The translations under genes and the position numbers were made by a program. Source: Candidatus Poribacteria bacterium (GTDB taxonomy: Bacteria > Poribacteria > WGA-4E > PCPOR2b). From it: a stretch of DNA of 64,000 bases. The notes under the pieces are model-generated. The model worked only from the letters and a program-made list of their open reading frames with translations, did not search any database and was not told the origin of the DNA. The stretch spans positions 5,952,001-6,016,000 of the forward strand of contig OZ220744.1 in the NCBI GenBank assembly GCA_965116925.1, given 5' to 3'. The first letter of the stretch is position 1. Each line of letters starts with the position of its first letter. Shown here in pieces: positions 16,379-25,467 of the stretch.

Positions 16379-17923
16379 TTAGAAGTTTGGGAACGTCAAG
16401 GGTTGGTCGGTGAAGACCTTTCCATCGGTTGTTGAGACCTCCTCCACGATTGGCTTGAAGCCCATCCCATCTAGCACATCGCGTTGGATGTCAATTCCCG
16501 GCGCAACTTCCTTTAGCTCGACGCCACGATTTGTCAGTTGGAAGGTCGCGCGCTCGGTAACGTACAACACCTCCTGCCCTGTTTCGCGGGCGTATCTGCC
16601 GCTGAAGGTAATCTGCTCAACCTGTTCGACGAACTTGGGGATCGTACCTTCCTTAACGACCTTGACCCCCCCATCTTGAATCTCGACCTCTGACTTCACG
16701 GCAAGGGTGCCGCAGAAGACCACCTTCTTCGCATTCTGGGAGATGTCGATGAAACCGCCGCAGCCGGGGATGCGACTGCCAAATTTGCTGACGTTCACGT
16801 TGCCGTGCCCGTCTACTTGGGCGTGCGAGAGGAACGCAATGTCGATCCCGCCGCCCTGATATGAGTCGAACTGATAGGGCTGATCCAATATTACCATCGG
16901 ATAGTACATCGCACCGGAATCGAGTCCGCCTGCGGGAATACCGCCCAAGCTGCCCTGTTCGATGCTGAGGGTGATCTGATCCTCGATCCCGCTCTCTTCG
17001 GCGATCATCCCGACACCGAAGGGCATACCGAATCCGAGGTTCACAACAGCATTCGGACGTAGTTCCAACGCCGCCCGTTTGACAATGACTTTGCGCTCAT
17101 CGAGCGAGAGCCTCCCCATACTCAGATCGCCTTCGCGAGCCTCGCCGCACAGTGCTGGATCAAAGTCGATCTGGTAGGTCTGTTTCTGATCTGGGGCAAG
17201 CACAAGGGCATCGACAAGGGTGCCGGGTATCTTGACCATACGGGGATCGATGCCACGTTTTCCAACCATGCGCTTAACCTGTGCGATGACCTTTCCCCCG
17301 GAGTTCCGAGCGGCTTGTGCATCCGAAAGCATTTCAAAGTAGGCTGCCTCATCCTCCATTGAAATATTCCCATCGGGATCGGCGGTGGTGCCGCGGATGA
17401 AGGCGACATTGACGGGGAAGCTGTGGTACATAAGATACTCCTTGCCCCGCAATGTGACCACTTCGACCAGATCTTCTGTTGCGCGTGTGTTGAGTTTGCC
17501 GCCTTCGATTCGGGGGTCTGCAAATGTGTGCAAGCCGACATGGGTAATGTATCCGGGCGCACCGGCAGCGATGCTCCGCATCAAGCACGACAATGCACCC
17601 TGCGGGAGGTTGTACGCCTCAGTTTTGTTTTCGATAGCGAGTTTTGCCATCGGTGGTGACATCCCCCAATGTCCGCCGATGTCCCGTTTAATTAGGCGTG
17701 GATCGGCGAGGTGTCCCAAGCCGAGTTGCCCCTGATCTCCCATCCCGCTGATGTGAACAACGGTCAGGTCGCGCGGCTGAAGCGTTGACCGGAATCGTTT
17801 CCCCAACGCCTCAATAAGTTTTTCGGGGATGGCGTGTCCTGCGCCGCTTCCCCCGATAACGAGGGTATCCCCACTTTGTACCATCTGCACAGCTTCTTCT
17901 GCGGTGATAATCGGTTTTATCAT
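16379..17923 (-). CDS. Acyl-CoA:acetate/3-ketoacid CoA-transferase (YdiF-like)
   Basis: Fused alpha/beta family I CoA-transferase with VNLGFG, catalytic E in IEQG, GNVNVS, GGFIDISQ and YVTERA. Confidence 0.9.
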   Translation of the reverse strand: MIKPIITAEEAVQMVQSGDTLVIGGSGAGHAIPEKLIEALGKRFRSTLQPRDLTVVHISGMGDQGQLGLGHLADPRLIKRDIGGHWGMSPPMAKLAIENKTEAYNLPQGALSCLMRSIAAGAPGYITHVGLHTFADPRIEGGKLNTRATEDLVEVVTLRGKEYLMYHSFPVNVAFIRGTTADPDGNISMEDEAAYFEMLSDAQAARNSGGKVIAQVKRMVGKRGIDPRMVKIPGTLVDALVLAPDQKQTYQIDFDPALCGEAREGDLSMGRLSLDERKVIVKRAALELRPNAVVNLGFGMPFGVGMIAEESGIEDQITLSIEQGSLGGIPAGGLDSGAMYYPMVILDQPYQFDSYQGGGIDIAFLSHAQVDGHGNVNVSKFGSRIPGCGGFIDISQNAKKVVFCGTLAVKSEVEIQDGGVKVVKEGTIPKFVEQVEQITFSGRYARETGQEVLYVTERATFQLTNRGVELKEVAPGIDIQRDVLDGMGFKPIVEEVSTTDGKVFTDQPLTFPNF

Positions 17924-17977
17924 TTATTGACTCCTGATAGCCAGGGTTAATCAAAATTTTCTATCGTTTGCTTGCTA

Positions 17978-20080
17978 TTATGCTTCTATACAGTGTATGA
18001 CCGCAACCTCCCAAGGTTCGACTGTGATTTGGAACGCATCATCTGTAATCGGCACATCACGATGAGCCAATAGGTCATGAGCATGGGCTGTTTTCCATTT
18101 GGGACGCAGGGTGACATGTACCTGTCGTGGTTCGAGGTTGAAGGCGAACAACAGCCGCCCTCCACGACGTGATTTTCGCACAATCGTTACCGCGCGATCT
18201 CCTTCGACAGATACCGTGGGGTGTACTCCAAATTCATCCGCCAGTCCAAGAACTAGGTCAGGCTGTCCCACATCGCCGAATCCTGCCGATAGCGTAAAGC
18301 CGAACCATGTGAAACGTCGATCCGCTGTCTGCACGGCTACGGTGTCACCGCCTAAAGATGCGATTGATTGAGTGTCGTTGTATGGTTCTAGGATAGCATA
18401 TCCGCACGGTGTCTGAATAGTCGTTTGCCCATAAGGGGTTTCGACGATATTCCGTCCACATTCGATGTCGTACGGTGTTACTGCTGAGAAGTCCGCTACC
18501 CGCACGCCGAAACGCTCGGCGAACCCTTCCGGTGGACGGTAGCTGGACTGCCCATCGGCGGAATACATGCCGAAACTTCCCTCCGCCATGAAATGCGTTT
18601 CTGGGCTCTCTTGCAATGTTCGTTCGATCCGTGCCTGTGTTTCTCCACTCATCAGTGTAACATTCGGCAGAAACAGGAGCCGGTATCCCGACCAGTCCAT
18701 CCGTGGTGTAATAACCTCCGCAGGGATGCCGTGGCTCCAAAGCGTCCGGTACACGCCACGCAGATCCGCTAAGAAGCGATCAGATTCATCGTTATAGCTG
18801 AAAAGTTCCTGCGATTCGGGGTGGTACACGATGCCTACGTCGGCGCGTGGACATTCCAGAGGTAGGTGTTCGGCGAGTCCTTCAATCTGCGCTATTGCAC
18901 CCGCTGCCGCATCGAAACGGGATGTCGGTTCACCGTCTAGTGCTACCAGGTTATAGCCGGGAGACTCGAAACTGAGATATTCAGGGCGATATTGCCAGAA
19001 CATCGTCCCCGCAGCACCGCACGCTAAGGTCATCCAGAGCAGCGTGGTTAGTTCTCGCGGGTCGGATTGCTTTTTCCACGTTACCCCGCCCCTCGACATA
19101 CCTGCGTAGATCTCTTCATTCCACCAGCGTCCGTTGCGTCCGGCACTCCGTGACCAGTCGAAACTGAACGCTCGATCTGCAATTTGATAAGGGTCATCCG
19201 ATGTGAGCAGATTGTTAGATGACATCGACATCCCCCAGCTGTCCACAATCCGCGCACATCGCTCATCCCATGGACGTGGCGACCAGCCGCCGTGTGATCT
19301 CACCTCATGATGGGGGTCAATCTCCTCGACTTCGTCCACCATCCACTGCAAGTGGTTTGCTAAGTTTTCGTAGTGAAATTCGCGGTAGAGCAGCATCTCG
19401 ACGACGTTCTGATCAGATCGTGGCGGTTCCACATCTTCCCAGCGGCGGTAGCGGCGTGAGAAACGGGTGTTGAGCGAATCCAGTGTGAATCGCTCGCGCA
19501 GCCACGCTTTGTACTTCGCAATTGTGTTTTCACAGTAACACGGGTAACCATCGCCATCCCGGTGCCAGACCGATGCCAGATTCACTCCATCCCAGAGCCC
19601 CCAGATTAACAGGTTGGATCGATCTTTATAGCGATGGACTACGTGGCGCAACAGGCCGCCGCCGTACTCGCGCCAAGCGGGATGGTCGTAGCAGTGGATC
19701 ATCGCACCTTGGGGATAAGCGGGGCCCGCGTCGGGCTCTGCCCGTTGCCCGCGGTGGTTGACAATCCGCATATCGGGATGCTCGCGGGTCAGCCACTCCG
19801 GACACGCGCCATGTGTCCCTAACACGATGTCGAGCCAGACGGACAATCCGTGTTTTTCTGCCAAGTCGAACATGTAGTCGAAGTCATCCAATTCGTAGAT
19901 GCCGGGACGCGGTTCCATCCAGTTCCAATAGGTAAAGCTGCGTACCACCCGAAAGCCTGCCGCGTTTAACCGGGCGAAGTCTGCGTCCCAGCAGTCGAGC
20001 TTGGGCGTAGGTGCACGGTAGTATTCTACCCCGACGGGAAATGGAGTTTTCGGATGTTCAAAACGTTTTGTGATGGGCAT
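17978..20080 (-). CDS. GH42-like beta-galactosidase family protein with trimerisation domain
   Basis: W...EP.PG.Y, CYDHP, CYC...WL..RF...LN and FWQYR motifs. Canonical NE acid/base motif replaced by DG. Confidence 0.85.
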   Translation of the reverse strand: MPITKRFEHPKTPFPVGVEYYRAPTPKLDCWDADFARLNAAGFRVVRSFTYWNWMEPRPGIYELDDFDYMFDLAEKHGLSVWLDIVLGTHGACPEWLTREHPDMRIVNHRGQRAEPDAGPAYPQGAMIHCYDHPAWREYGGGLLRHVVHRYKDRSNLLIWGLWDGVNLASVWHRDGDGYPCYCENTIAKYKAWLRERFTLDSLNTRFSRRYRRWEDVEPPRSDQNVVEMLLYREFHYENLANHLQWMVDEVEEIDPHHEVRSHGGWSPRPWDERCARIVDSWGMSMSSNNLLTSDDPYQIADRAFSFDWSRSAGRNGRWWNEEIYAGMSRGGVTWKKQSDPRELTTLLWMTLACGAAGTMFWQYRPEYLSFESPGYNLVALDGEPTSRFDAAAGAIAQIEGLAEHLPLECPRADVGIVYHPESQELFSYNDESDRFLADLRGVYRTLWSHGIPAEVITPRMDWSGYRLLFLPNVTLMSGETQARIERTLQESPETHFMAEGSFGMYSADGQSSYRPPEGFAERFGVRVADFSAVTPYDIECGRNIVETPYGQTTIQTPCGYAILEPYNDTQSIASLGGDTVAVQTADRRFTWFGFTLSAGFGDVGQPDLVLGLADEFGVHPTVSVEGDRAVTIVRKSRRGGRLLFAFNLEPRQVHVTLRPKWKTAHAHDLLAHRDVPITDDAFQITVEPWEVAVIHCIEA

Positions 20081-20122
20081 TTGGTATCTCCTCTGTACAA
20101 CCGATGATGTGAATATAAGTAC

Positions 20123-20230
20123 TATAGTGAATTCAAAAAATAAAGAAACACTTGCGCCACCCCTGTTTGGTAGGCGCTGTTTATAACTGCGCCGATTTGG
20201 AGTGTCTCATTAATTCTAAGGTCCACTATA
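20123..20230. mobile_element. MITE-like element, ends TATAGTGAA / TCCACTATA, with an internal GTAG REP
   Basis: Short imperfect terminal inverted repeats. Non-coding. Confidence 0.4.
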
Positions 20231-20261
20231 ATTGGGGTTACAGGACCGGCTATTTGTGCTG

Positions 20262-20290
20262 TTGACGGGGATTTGAATCTCTGCTATACT
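20262..20290 (+). promoter_or_regulatory. sigma70-type promoter TTGACG-N17-TATACT
   Basis: Near-consensus boxes upstream of the 20402 ORF. Confidence 0.6.
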
Positions 20291-20401
20291 GAGCGAGATC
20301 AACGGTCGAGAATCTGCGCCGTCCATCGTTGCATTCGCATATTCAAACGGATGGATCCGGCGTCAATTTTAGCACGCTACACCCTTTAGGAGGAAGACAT
20401 T

Positions 20402-21067
20402 ATGAGACTCATCCTCGTCGGCTGTGAATACGCCGGTAAGACAACGTTAGCCAATGAAATTGTGAAATGGATTGACAGCACACTGGGTGGTGCTCGCGGT
20501 TTCCATGACCATTTTACCATCCCTTCTAATGAATTAACAGTGGAAGATCAAGATCAATTTGCCGCGCTGAGTCCGCGGCTCAAGGAGATGTTCCAGCGTT
20601 ATATCATTGAGTATCACCTTCAGCCCGCATTTTATGCGGATCCGGACCACAATATGACCGGTTTTCATATTGAGGAAGCGGTCTACGCGCCGTTGTATTA
20701 CGGCTACGGTGGCAAAGGTGAATACGCGGAGCGCACGACGTTAGCGCGGGCGGTGGAGAAAACGATTATGGAGGAAGCACCCGACACAGTGCTCATCCTA
20801 CTGACAGCGTCAGCGGAGGTCATTACACAACGGATGCGCGAAAATCCACAACCGCGCGGTGTCCTACAGGAGAAGGATATCGAGTATGTCCTGCAACGAT
20901 TCGAGGAGGAGTACCAAGCCTCGCTGATCCGTAGAAAATTTACTCTCGATACCACAACGGCGACTGTGGAGGAAACACTCGCTGAATTTGCCGAGCAGAT
21001 TGAGTTGTACCTGTCGGATACGGACCGCCTGCGCATGTTAGCGCATCAGGCTTTACACGGGAAATGA
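20402..21067 (+). CDS. Hypothetical P-loop protein, nucleoside/nucleotide kinase-like
   Basis: AGGAGG RBS, N-terminal GCEYAGKTT Walker A and the LILLTAS...R lid pattern. Confidence 0.65.
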   Translation: MRLILVGCEYAGKTTLANEIVKWIDSTLGGARGFHDHFTIPSNELTVEDQDQFAALSPRLKEMFQRYIIEYHLQPAFYADPDHNMTGFHIEEAVYAPLYYGYGGKGEYAERTTLARAVEKTIMEEAPDTVLILLTASAEVITQRMRENPQPRGVLQEKDIEYVLQRFEEEYQASLIRRKFTLDTTTATVEETLAEFAEQIELYLSDTDRLRMLAHQALHGK

Positions 21068-21084
21068 GTTTAAAAGGAAAATCT

Positions 21085-21957
21085 ATGAAACGTCTGGCTT
21101 ATACAATCGTTGCGGCAGGTGTAGTTTTCTTGTGCATTGCTGCTTGGGCGCAAATGGATTTCGCAAGGATTAAAATTAAAACGACCCACGTTGCCGGTAA
21201 CATCTATATGCTGGAGGGGGCTGGGGGGAATATCGGTGCGTCGGTGGGACCGGACGGGATTCTGCTTGTTGACGATCAGTTTGCACCGTTGGCAGAAAAG
21301 ATTCGGAACGCACTCAAAGAATTGGGTGAGGGACAGTTAAAGTTTCTGATCAACACCCACTTTCACGGTGATCACACCGGCGGCAACGTCGTCTTCGGAA
21401 ATGAGGTGCCTATCATCTCTCACGCCAATGTCCGAAAACGCCTACAGATAGAATCCTCTCCCAAAGAAGCCTTGCCGGTTGTCACATTCGATGATTCGTT
21501 GTCTATCCACTTCAACGGTGAGGAGATCCGTGTTATTCACTTCCCGAATAGCCATACGGATGGCGACAGTGTCATTTTCTTCACCGGATCGAACGTGGTG
21601 CATATGGGAGATCTCTTCTTCTCCGGGCGATTTCCGTATGTTGATTTGAGCAACGGCGGAGATGTGAAGGGATTAATAAAGCATATTGAGAAACTCTTAG
21701 TCGAACTCCCGCCAGACGTAAAACTGATTCCGGGACACGGTCCACTATCGGATGTTGATGATCTCAGGACTTATCACCAGACGCTTGTAGCGACAACGGA
21801 GATAATTCGGGATCAGATAGAAGCAGGAAAAAGTTTGGAAGAAATTAAAGCGGCGGGACTTCCCAAAAAGTGGCGTTCGTGGGGAGCCGGTTTCATTTCG
21901 ACGGGGCGATGGATTGAAATTGTCCACCGGAGTCTAGCGAAAACAGATGACATTTAA
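21085..21957 (+). CDS. Secreted MBL-fold metallo-hydrolase (cyclase-like)
   Basis: Signal peptide, THFHGDH, HTDGD, GD and PGHG motifs. Confidence 0.9.
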   Translation: MKRLAYTIVAAGVVFLCIAAWAQMDFARIKIKTTHVAGNIYMLEGAGGNIGASVGPDGILLVDDQFAPLAEKIRNALKELGEGQLKFLINTHFHGDHTGGNVVFGNEVPIISHANVRKRLQIESSPKEALPVVTFDDSLSIHFNGEEIRVIHFPNSHTDGDSVIFFTGSNVVHMGDLFFSGRFPYVDLSNGGDVKGLIKHIEKLLVELPPDVKLIPGHGPLSDVDDLRTYHQTLVATTEIIRDQIEAGKSLEEIKAAGLPKKWRSWGAGFISTGRWIEIVHRSLAKTDDI

Positions 21958-22041
21958 TACAAAACCGCAGATCCCATAGAACCTTGTAGGGAATGCCCCA
22001 TCGACATAGTTCTATGAAATCTGCGGTTCTTTGTAGTAGCT

Positions 22042-23433
22042 CTACAGGTTGTAGCCTCGTTCGTTGTGTAGTGCGAGGTCTAATCCTTCTTGTTCATCGT
22101 TGTATCTGACACGTAAACCAATCGCCCTATCAACAGCCTTGAGAATAATAAAGGAAACAATTCCGCTCCAAAGTATGGTTACGATGAGACTGACAAACTG
22201 ACTCCAAAGTTGTAAACCAATACTTTTGTCCATTCCCATTCCACCTAATCCTTCTGCGGCGAATATGCCGGTCATCAAGCATCCAACGATACCACCGATG
22301 CCGTGTACGCCAAAGGCATCAAGCGAATCGTCATATCCGAGCTTATGCTTGAGACTGGTTGCACCCCAGAAGCAGATCACACCTGAAGCGAGTCCGATAA
22401 CCAATGCGCCCATCGGTCCAACGCTGCCGGAGGCTGGTGTAATTGCCACAAGCCCTGCGACAGCACCGGTGACGATACCTAGCACGCTCGGCTTTTTGTA
22501 CTTTATCCACTCAATAAACATCCAAGCCAATGCGGCGGTGCCTGTGGAGATTTGTGTGACTAGCATCGCCATTCCTGCTGCACCATCAGCTGCCAAAGCA
22601 CTACCGGCATTAAAACCGAACCAGCCGACCCAGAGCATAGAAGCACCAATGACTGTTAAGGTCAAGTTATGGGGTGGCATGGGGGTCTCAGGATAGCCGT
22701 AGCGTTTGCCAATCATTAGGGCAGCGACAAGCGCCGCAACACCTGCGTTGACGTGCACCACAGTCCCACCGGCAAAATCGAGTGCGCCCAAAATATCTCC
22801 AAAGTATGAACCATCCCCAGCCCACGCCATGTGGCAGATTGGCGCGTACACAATTATAGACCAGATCCCCATGAACCAGAGCATAGCGGAGAATTTCATT
22901 CGTTCCGCAAAGGCACCCGCGATCAGGGCGGGGGTGATGATGGCAAAGGTCATCTGGAAGCAGATAAACACTGTTTCCGGGATAGTGCCTGATAAACTAT
23001 CCGCGTTCACACCCTGGAGGAAAACCTTGCCAAGCCCTCCAACGAATGAGTGGCCATTGGTTACTTTTGACATCATACCGGTTGTATCAAAGGCAATACT
23101 ATAGCCAATCACAATCCATATAACGGTAATCAGCCCGGTCAGCGTAAAACACTGCATCAATAGCGATAGCACATTTTTGGCACGCACCAGGCCGCCATAG
23201 AACAGGGCAAGACCGGGAATGGTCATGAACAGAACCAGTGCTGTTGCTGTGAGCAGCCAAGCGGTATCACCCGAATCAAGCGCGTCTTCAGCGAGAGCAA
23301 GTTTCGGGAGAGCTAAGAACATCAGTACAAACAGCATTCCCAGAACAGTTCTGGGTTTACCGTATCTTAAAAGCCTTATAGGTTTTACTATATGTTTCTG
23401 AAACCTAAACACACTCTGTGGTTGTTGGTGCAT
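22042..23433 (-). CDS. amt: Ammonium transporter (AmtB-type)
   Basis: GLALFYGG, FQMTFA, DFAGGTVVH, WFGFN and DD.LD.FGVHG. Start at ATG 23433 behind GGAGG. Confidence 0.96.
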   Translation of the reverse strand: MHQQPQSVFRFQKHIVKPIRLLRYGKPRTVLGMLFVLMFLALPKLALAEDALDSGDTAWLLTATALVLFMTIPGLALFYGGLVRAKNVLSLLMQCFTLTGLITVIWIVIGYSIAFDTTGMMSKVTNGHSFVGGLGKVFLQGVNADSLSGTIPETVFICFQMTFAIITPALIAGAFAERMKFSAMLWFMGIWSIIVYAPICHMAWAGDGSYFGDILGALDFAGGTVVHVNAGVAALVAALMIGKRYGYPETPMPPHNLTLTVIGASMLWVGWFGFNAGSALAADGAAGMAMLVTQISTGTAALAWMFIEWIKYKKPSVLGIVTGAVAGLVAITPASGSVGPMGALVIGLASGVICFWGATSLKHKLGYDDSLDAFGVHGIGGIVGCLMTGIFAAEGLGGMGMDKSIGLQLWSQFVSLIVTILWSGIVSFIILKAVDRAIGLRVRYNDEQEGLDLALHNERGYNL

Positions 23434-23678
23434 TTTTACCTCCATTTAGGTTTAGACGACCACTAACTGCCCCGATCAGATCGGGATTTCGCTACGCTCA
23501 GCTTGAAAATTGTTTCAAACTCCTTGTCAGGCAGTATAACACCCTCGGTTTCAAAAGTAAACAGAAATTTTTCGATTTTATTCAAATGGATGCCTTTGTC
23601 CACAAGGAGGAATTGATAAATTGATTGTATCTTGATAAGCATTCAGATGTAGCTTTTACCTGAACGCCTATCGATTTT

Positions 23679-25046
23679 CTAGTTAATAGAAGATATTGTA
23701 AAGTCTGGATACGCACTGGCACCGTGCTCACCATAATCCAACCCTTCTAACTCCTCTTCTTCGCTAGCGCGCAATCCAACAATCCTTTTGATACCATAAA
23801 ACAGGATAAAACCTGCTACCATACACCACGCAAAAACGGCAACAACTCCAATGAATTGGGCACCGAAGAACTTGAATGCTGCACCTTTATCCGCTGCATA
23901 GAGGATTCCTTGCTCGGTATGGAATAGCCCAAGCAGAAGCGTTCCCAAAGCACCGCAAACGCCGTGTACAGAAATCGCGCCAACTGGATCATCAATTCTC
24001 AGGCTTTCAATTATCAGGACCGAGAATACGACCACAATACCTGCAATTGCGCCAATGATTACTGCTGCCACTGGTGTAACAAACGCGCACGGTGCGGTAA
24101 TCGCAACGAGGCCGGCGAGTGCGCCGTTGAGTGCCATACCAGCATCGGGCTTCTTGAGTTTGAACCAAGCGGTTATCATGGCTAGAATTGCGCCTGCTGC
24201 GGCAGCAAGGTTTGTCGTTACAGCAATTAATGCAATAGGTTTTGCATCAGCTGCCATCTGGCTACCCGGATTAAATCCGAACCAGCCGAGCCATAGGATA
24301 AAGACACCGAGTGCTGCCAACGGTAGGTTATGTCCGGGAATCGGACGGGGAGTTCCGTTTGCGTCATACTTACCGGTGCGAGCACCGAGTACGATCGCGC
24401 CTGCTAAAGCGAGCCAACCACCCGTTGAGTGGACAACCGTTGAGCCTGCAAAATCCAACATTCCCATACTCGACAGCCAACCGCCTCCCCAGATCCAGTG
24501 CCCGACGATTGGGTAGATTAAACCGGTGATGAAAACGCTGTAAATCAGATAGCTTCTGAACTTTGTGCGTTCAGCCATCGCACCAGAGACGATTGTCGCT
24601 GCGGTGGCGGCAAAAACCAGCTGGAACAACCATGCAGCGAGCGTTGGGACGGAACTCCATTCCAGGGCGCTGAAACCTTTTGTTTCTCCGGAGACGAACC
24701 ATCCACTTAATCCCATGAAGCCGTTGCCATCGCCAAACATAATTGCGAATCCGATCGCCCAGTAAGCGATAGCCCCCATTGAGAAATCCATTAGGTTTTT
24801 CATCAGGATATTGACGGCGTTTTTCGCGCGGGTAAATCCCGCCTCAACCATGGAGAAGCCTGCTTGCATAAAGAAAACCAGAAAGGCAGCGACCAATACC
24901 CAGATGGTATCAGCAATATATTTTGAGGTTTCGATCTTTTCACCTTCAACGAAGCCGTCTAGGGCGAAAGCGTTCATACCTAGACATAGCGTCAAAATCA
25001 GAACAATTCCTGCAATTCTGTAATCATTCAGAAAGATTTTTTTCAT
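23679..25046 (-). CDS. amt: Ammonium transporter (second, divergent Amt clade)
   Basis: FFMQAGF, RAKNA, DFAGSTVVH, WFGFN and DDPVGAISVHG. Start at ATG 25046 behind AAGGAG. Confidence 0.96.
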   Translation of the reverse strand: MKKIFLNDYRIAGIVLILTLCLGMNAFALDGFVEGEKIETSKYIADTIWVLVAAFLVFFMQAGFSMVEAGFTRAKNAVNILMKNLMDFSMGAIAYWAIGFAIMFGDGNGFMGLSGWFVSGETKGFSALEWSSVPTLAAWLFQLVFAATAATIVSGAMAERTKFRSYLIYSVFITGLIYPIVGHWIWGGGWLSSMGMLDFAGSTVVHSTGGWLALAGAIVLGARTGKYDANGTPRPIPGHNLPLAALGVFILWLGWFGFNPGSQMAADAKPIALIAVTTNLAAAAGAILAMITAWFKLKKPDAGMALNGALAGLVAITAPCAFVTPVAAVIIGAIAGIVVVFSVLIIESLRIDDPVGAISVHGVCGALGTLLLGLFHTEQGILYAADKGAAFKFFGAQFIGVVAVFAWCMVAGFILFYGIKRIVGLRASEEEELEGLDYGEHGASAYPDFTISSIN

Positions 25047-25190
25047 TTTTGTCTCCTTATTAAGAGGCACCCGCGTCGGCGTATTGTAAATTATCCGTAA
25101 AGCGGAGGAAAGATTAACGAGAGGTTGTAGCCGCTTGGATCGTTTATCTTTCCGATGCCAAAGACTAAATCTTTATGCTAATGACCGTAG

Positions 25191-25205
25191 GCAAGAAAGA
25201 TGCCA
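25191..25205 (-). promoter_or_regulatory. sigma54 (-24/-12) promoter for the amt genes
   Basis: Minus strand TGGCA-TCTTTC-TTGC matches the sigma54 consensus. Confidence 0.75.
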
Positions 25206-25338
25206 GTGGTTAATGAGGATATTTTTTCTAGCGGCGCAAACAGTTGAAAGACAGAGACAACGGCGTTATGACAGGATTTTTTGAAATGATTGGCTGTGTA
25301 ATGTTCCTCCCAAAGTGCTAATACATTTTTTAGCAATC

Positions 25339-25378
25339 TGCTGAAAATTTAGGCAGCGAATCACCTGAATTTCAGGCA
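25339..25378. promoter_or_regulatory. Candidate NtrC-type enhancer sites
   Basis: TGCTGAAAATTTAGGCA (TGC-N11-GCA, 25339-25355) and CACCTGAATTTCAGGCA (25362-25378), about 135-175 bp upstream of the sigma54 site. Confidence 0.5.
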
Positions 25379-25416
25379 AATGCATCTGATGCTAATCTTG
25401 TCTGCTTGATCTTGAC

Positions 25417-25446
25417 TTTACATTGTATGGGTGCTTTAGGTATAAT
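25417..25446 (+). promoter_or_regulatory. sigma70-type promoter TTTACA-N18-TATAAT
   Basis: Immediately upstream of the IS left end. Likely the original promoter of the 26786 gene. Confidence 0.55.
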
Positions 25447-25467
25447 TGATTGACGCAGTTGGTTCAT

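Noticed and set aside
25256..25267. GACAACGGCGTT ANTAR-like hexaloop hairpin near the amt promoter
   Set aside because: Single copy, on the opposite strand to amt and upstream of the sigma54 promoter.
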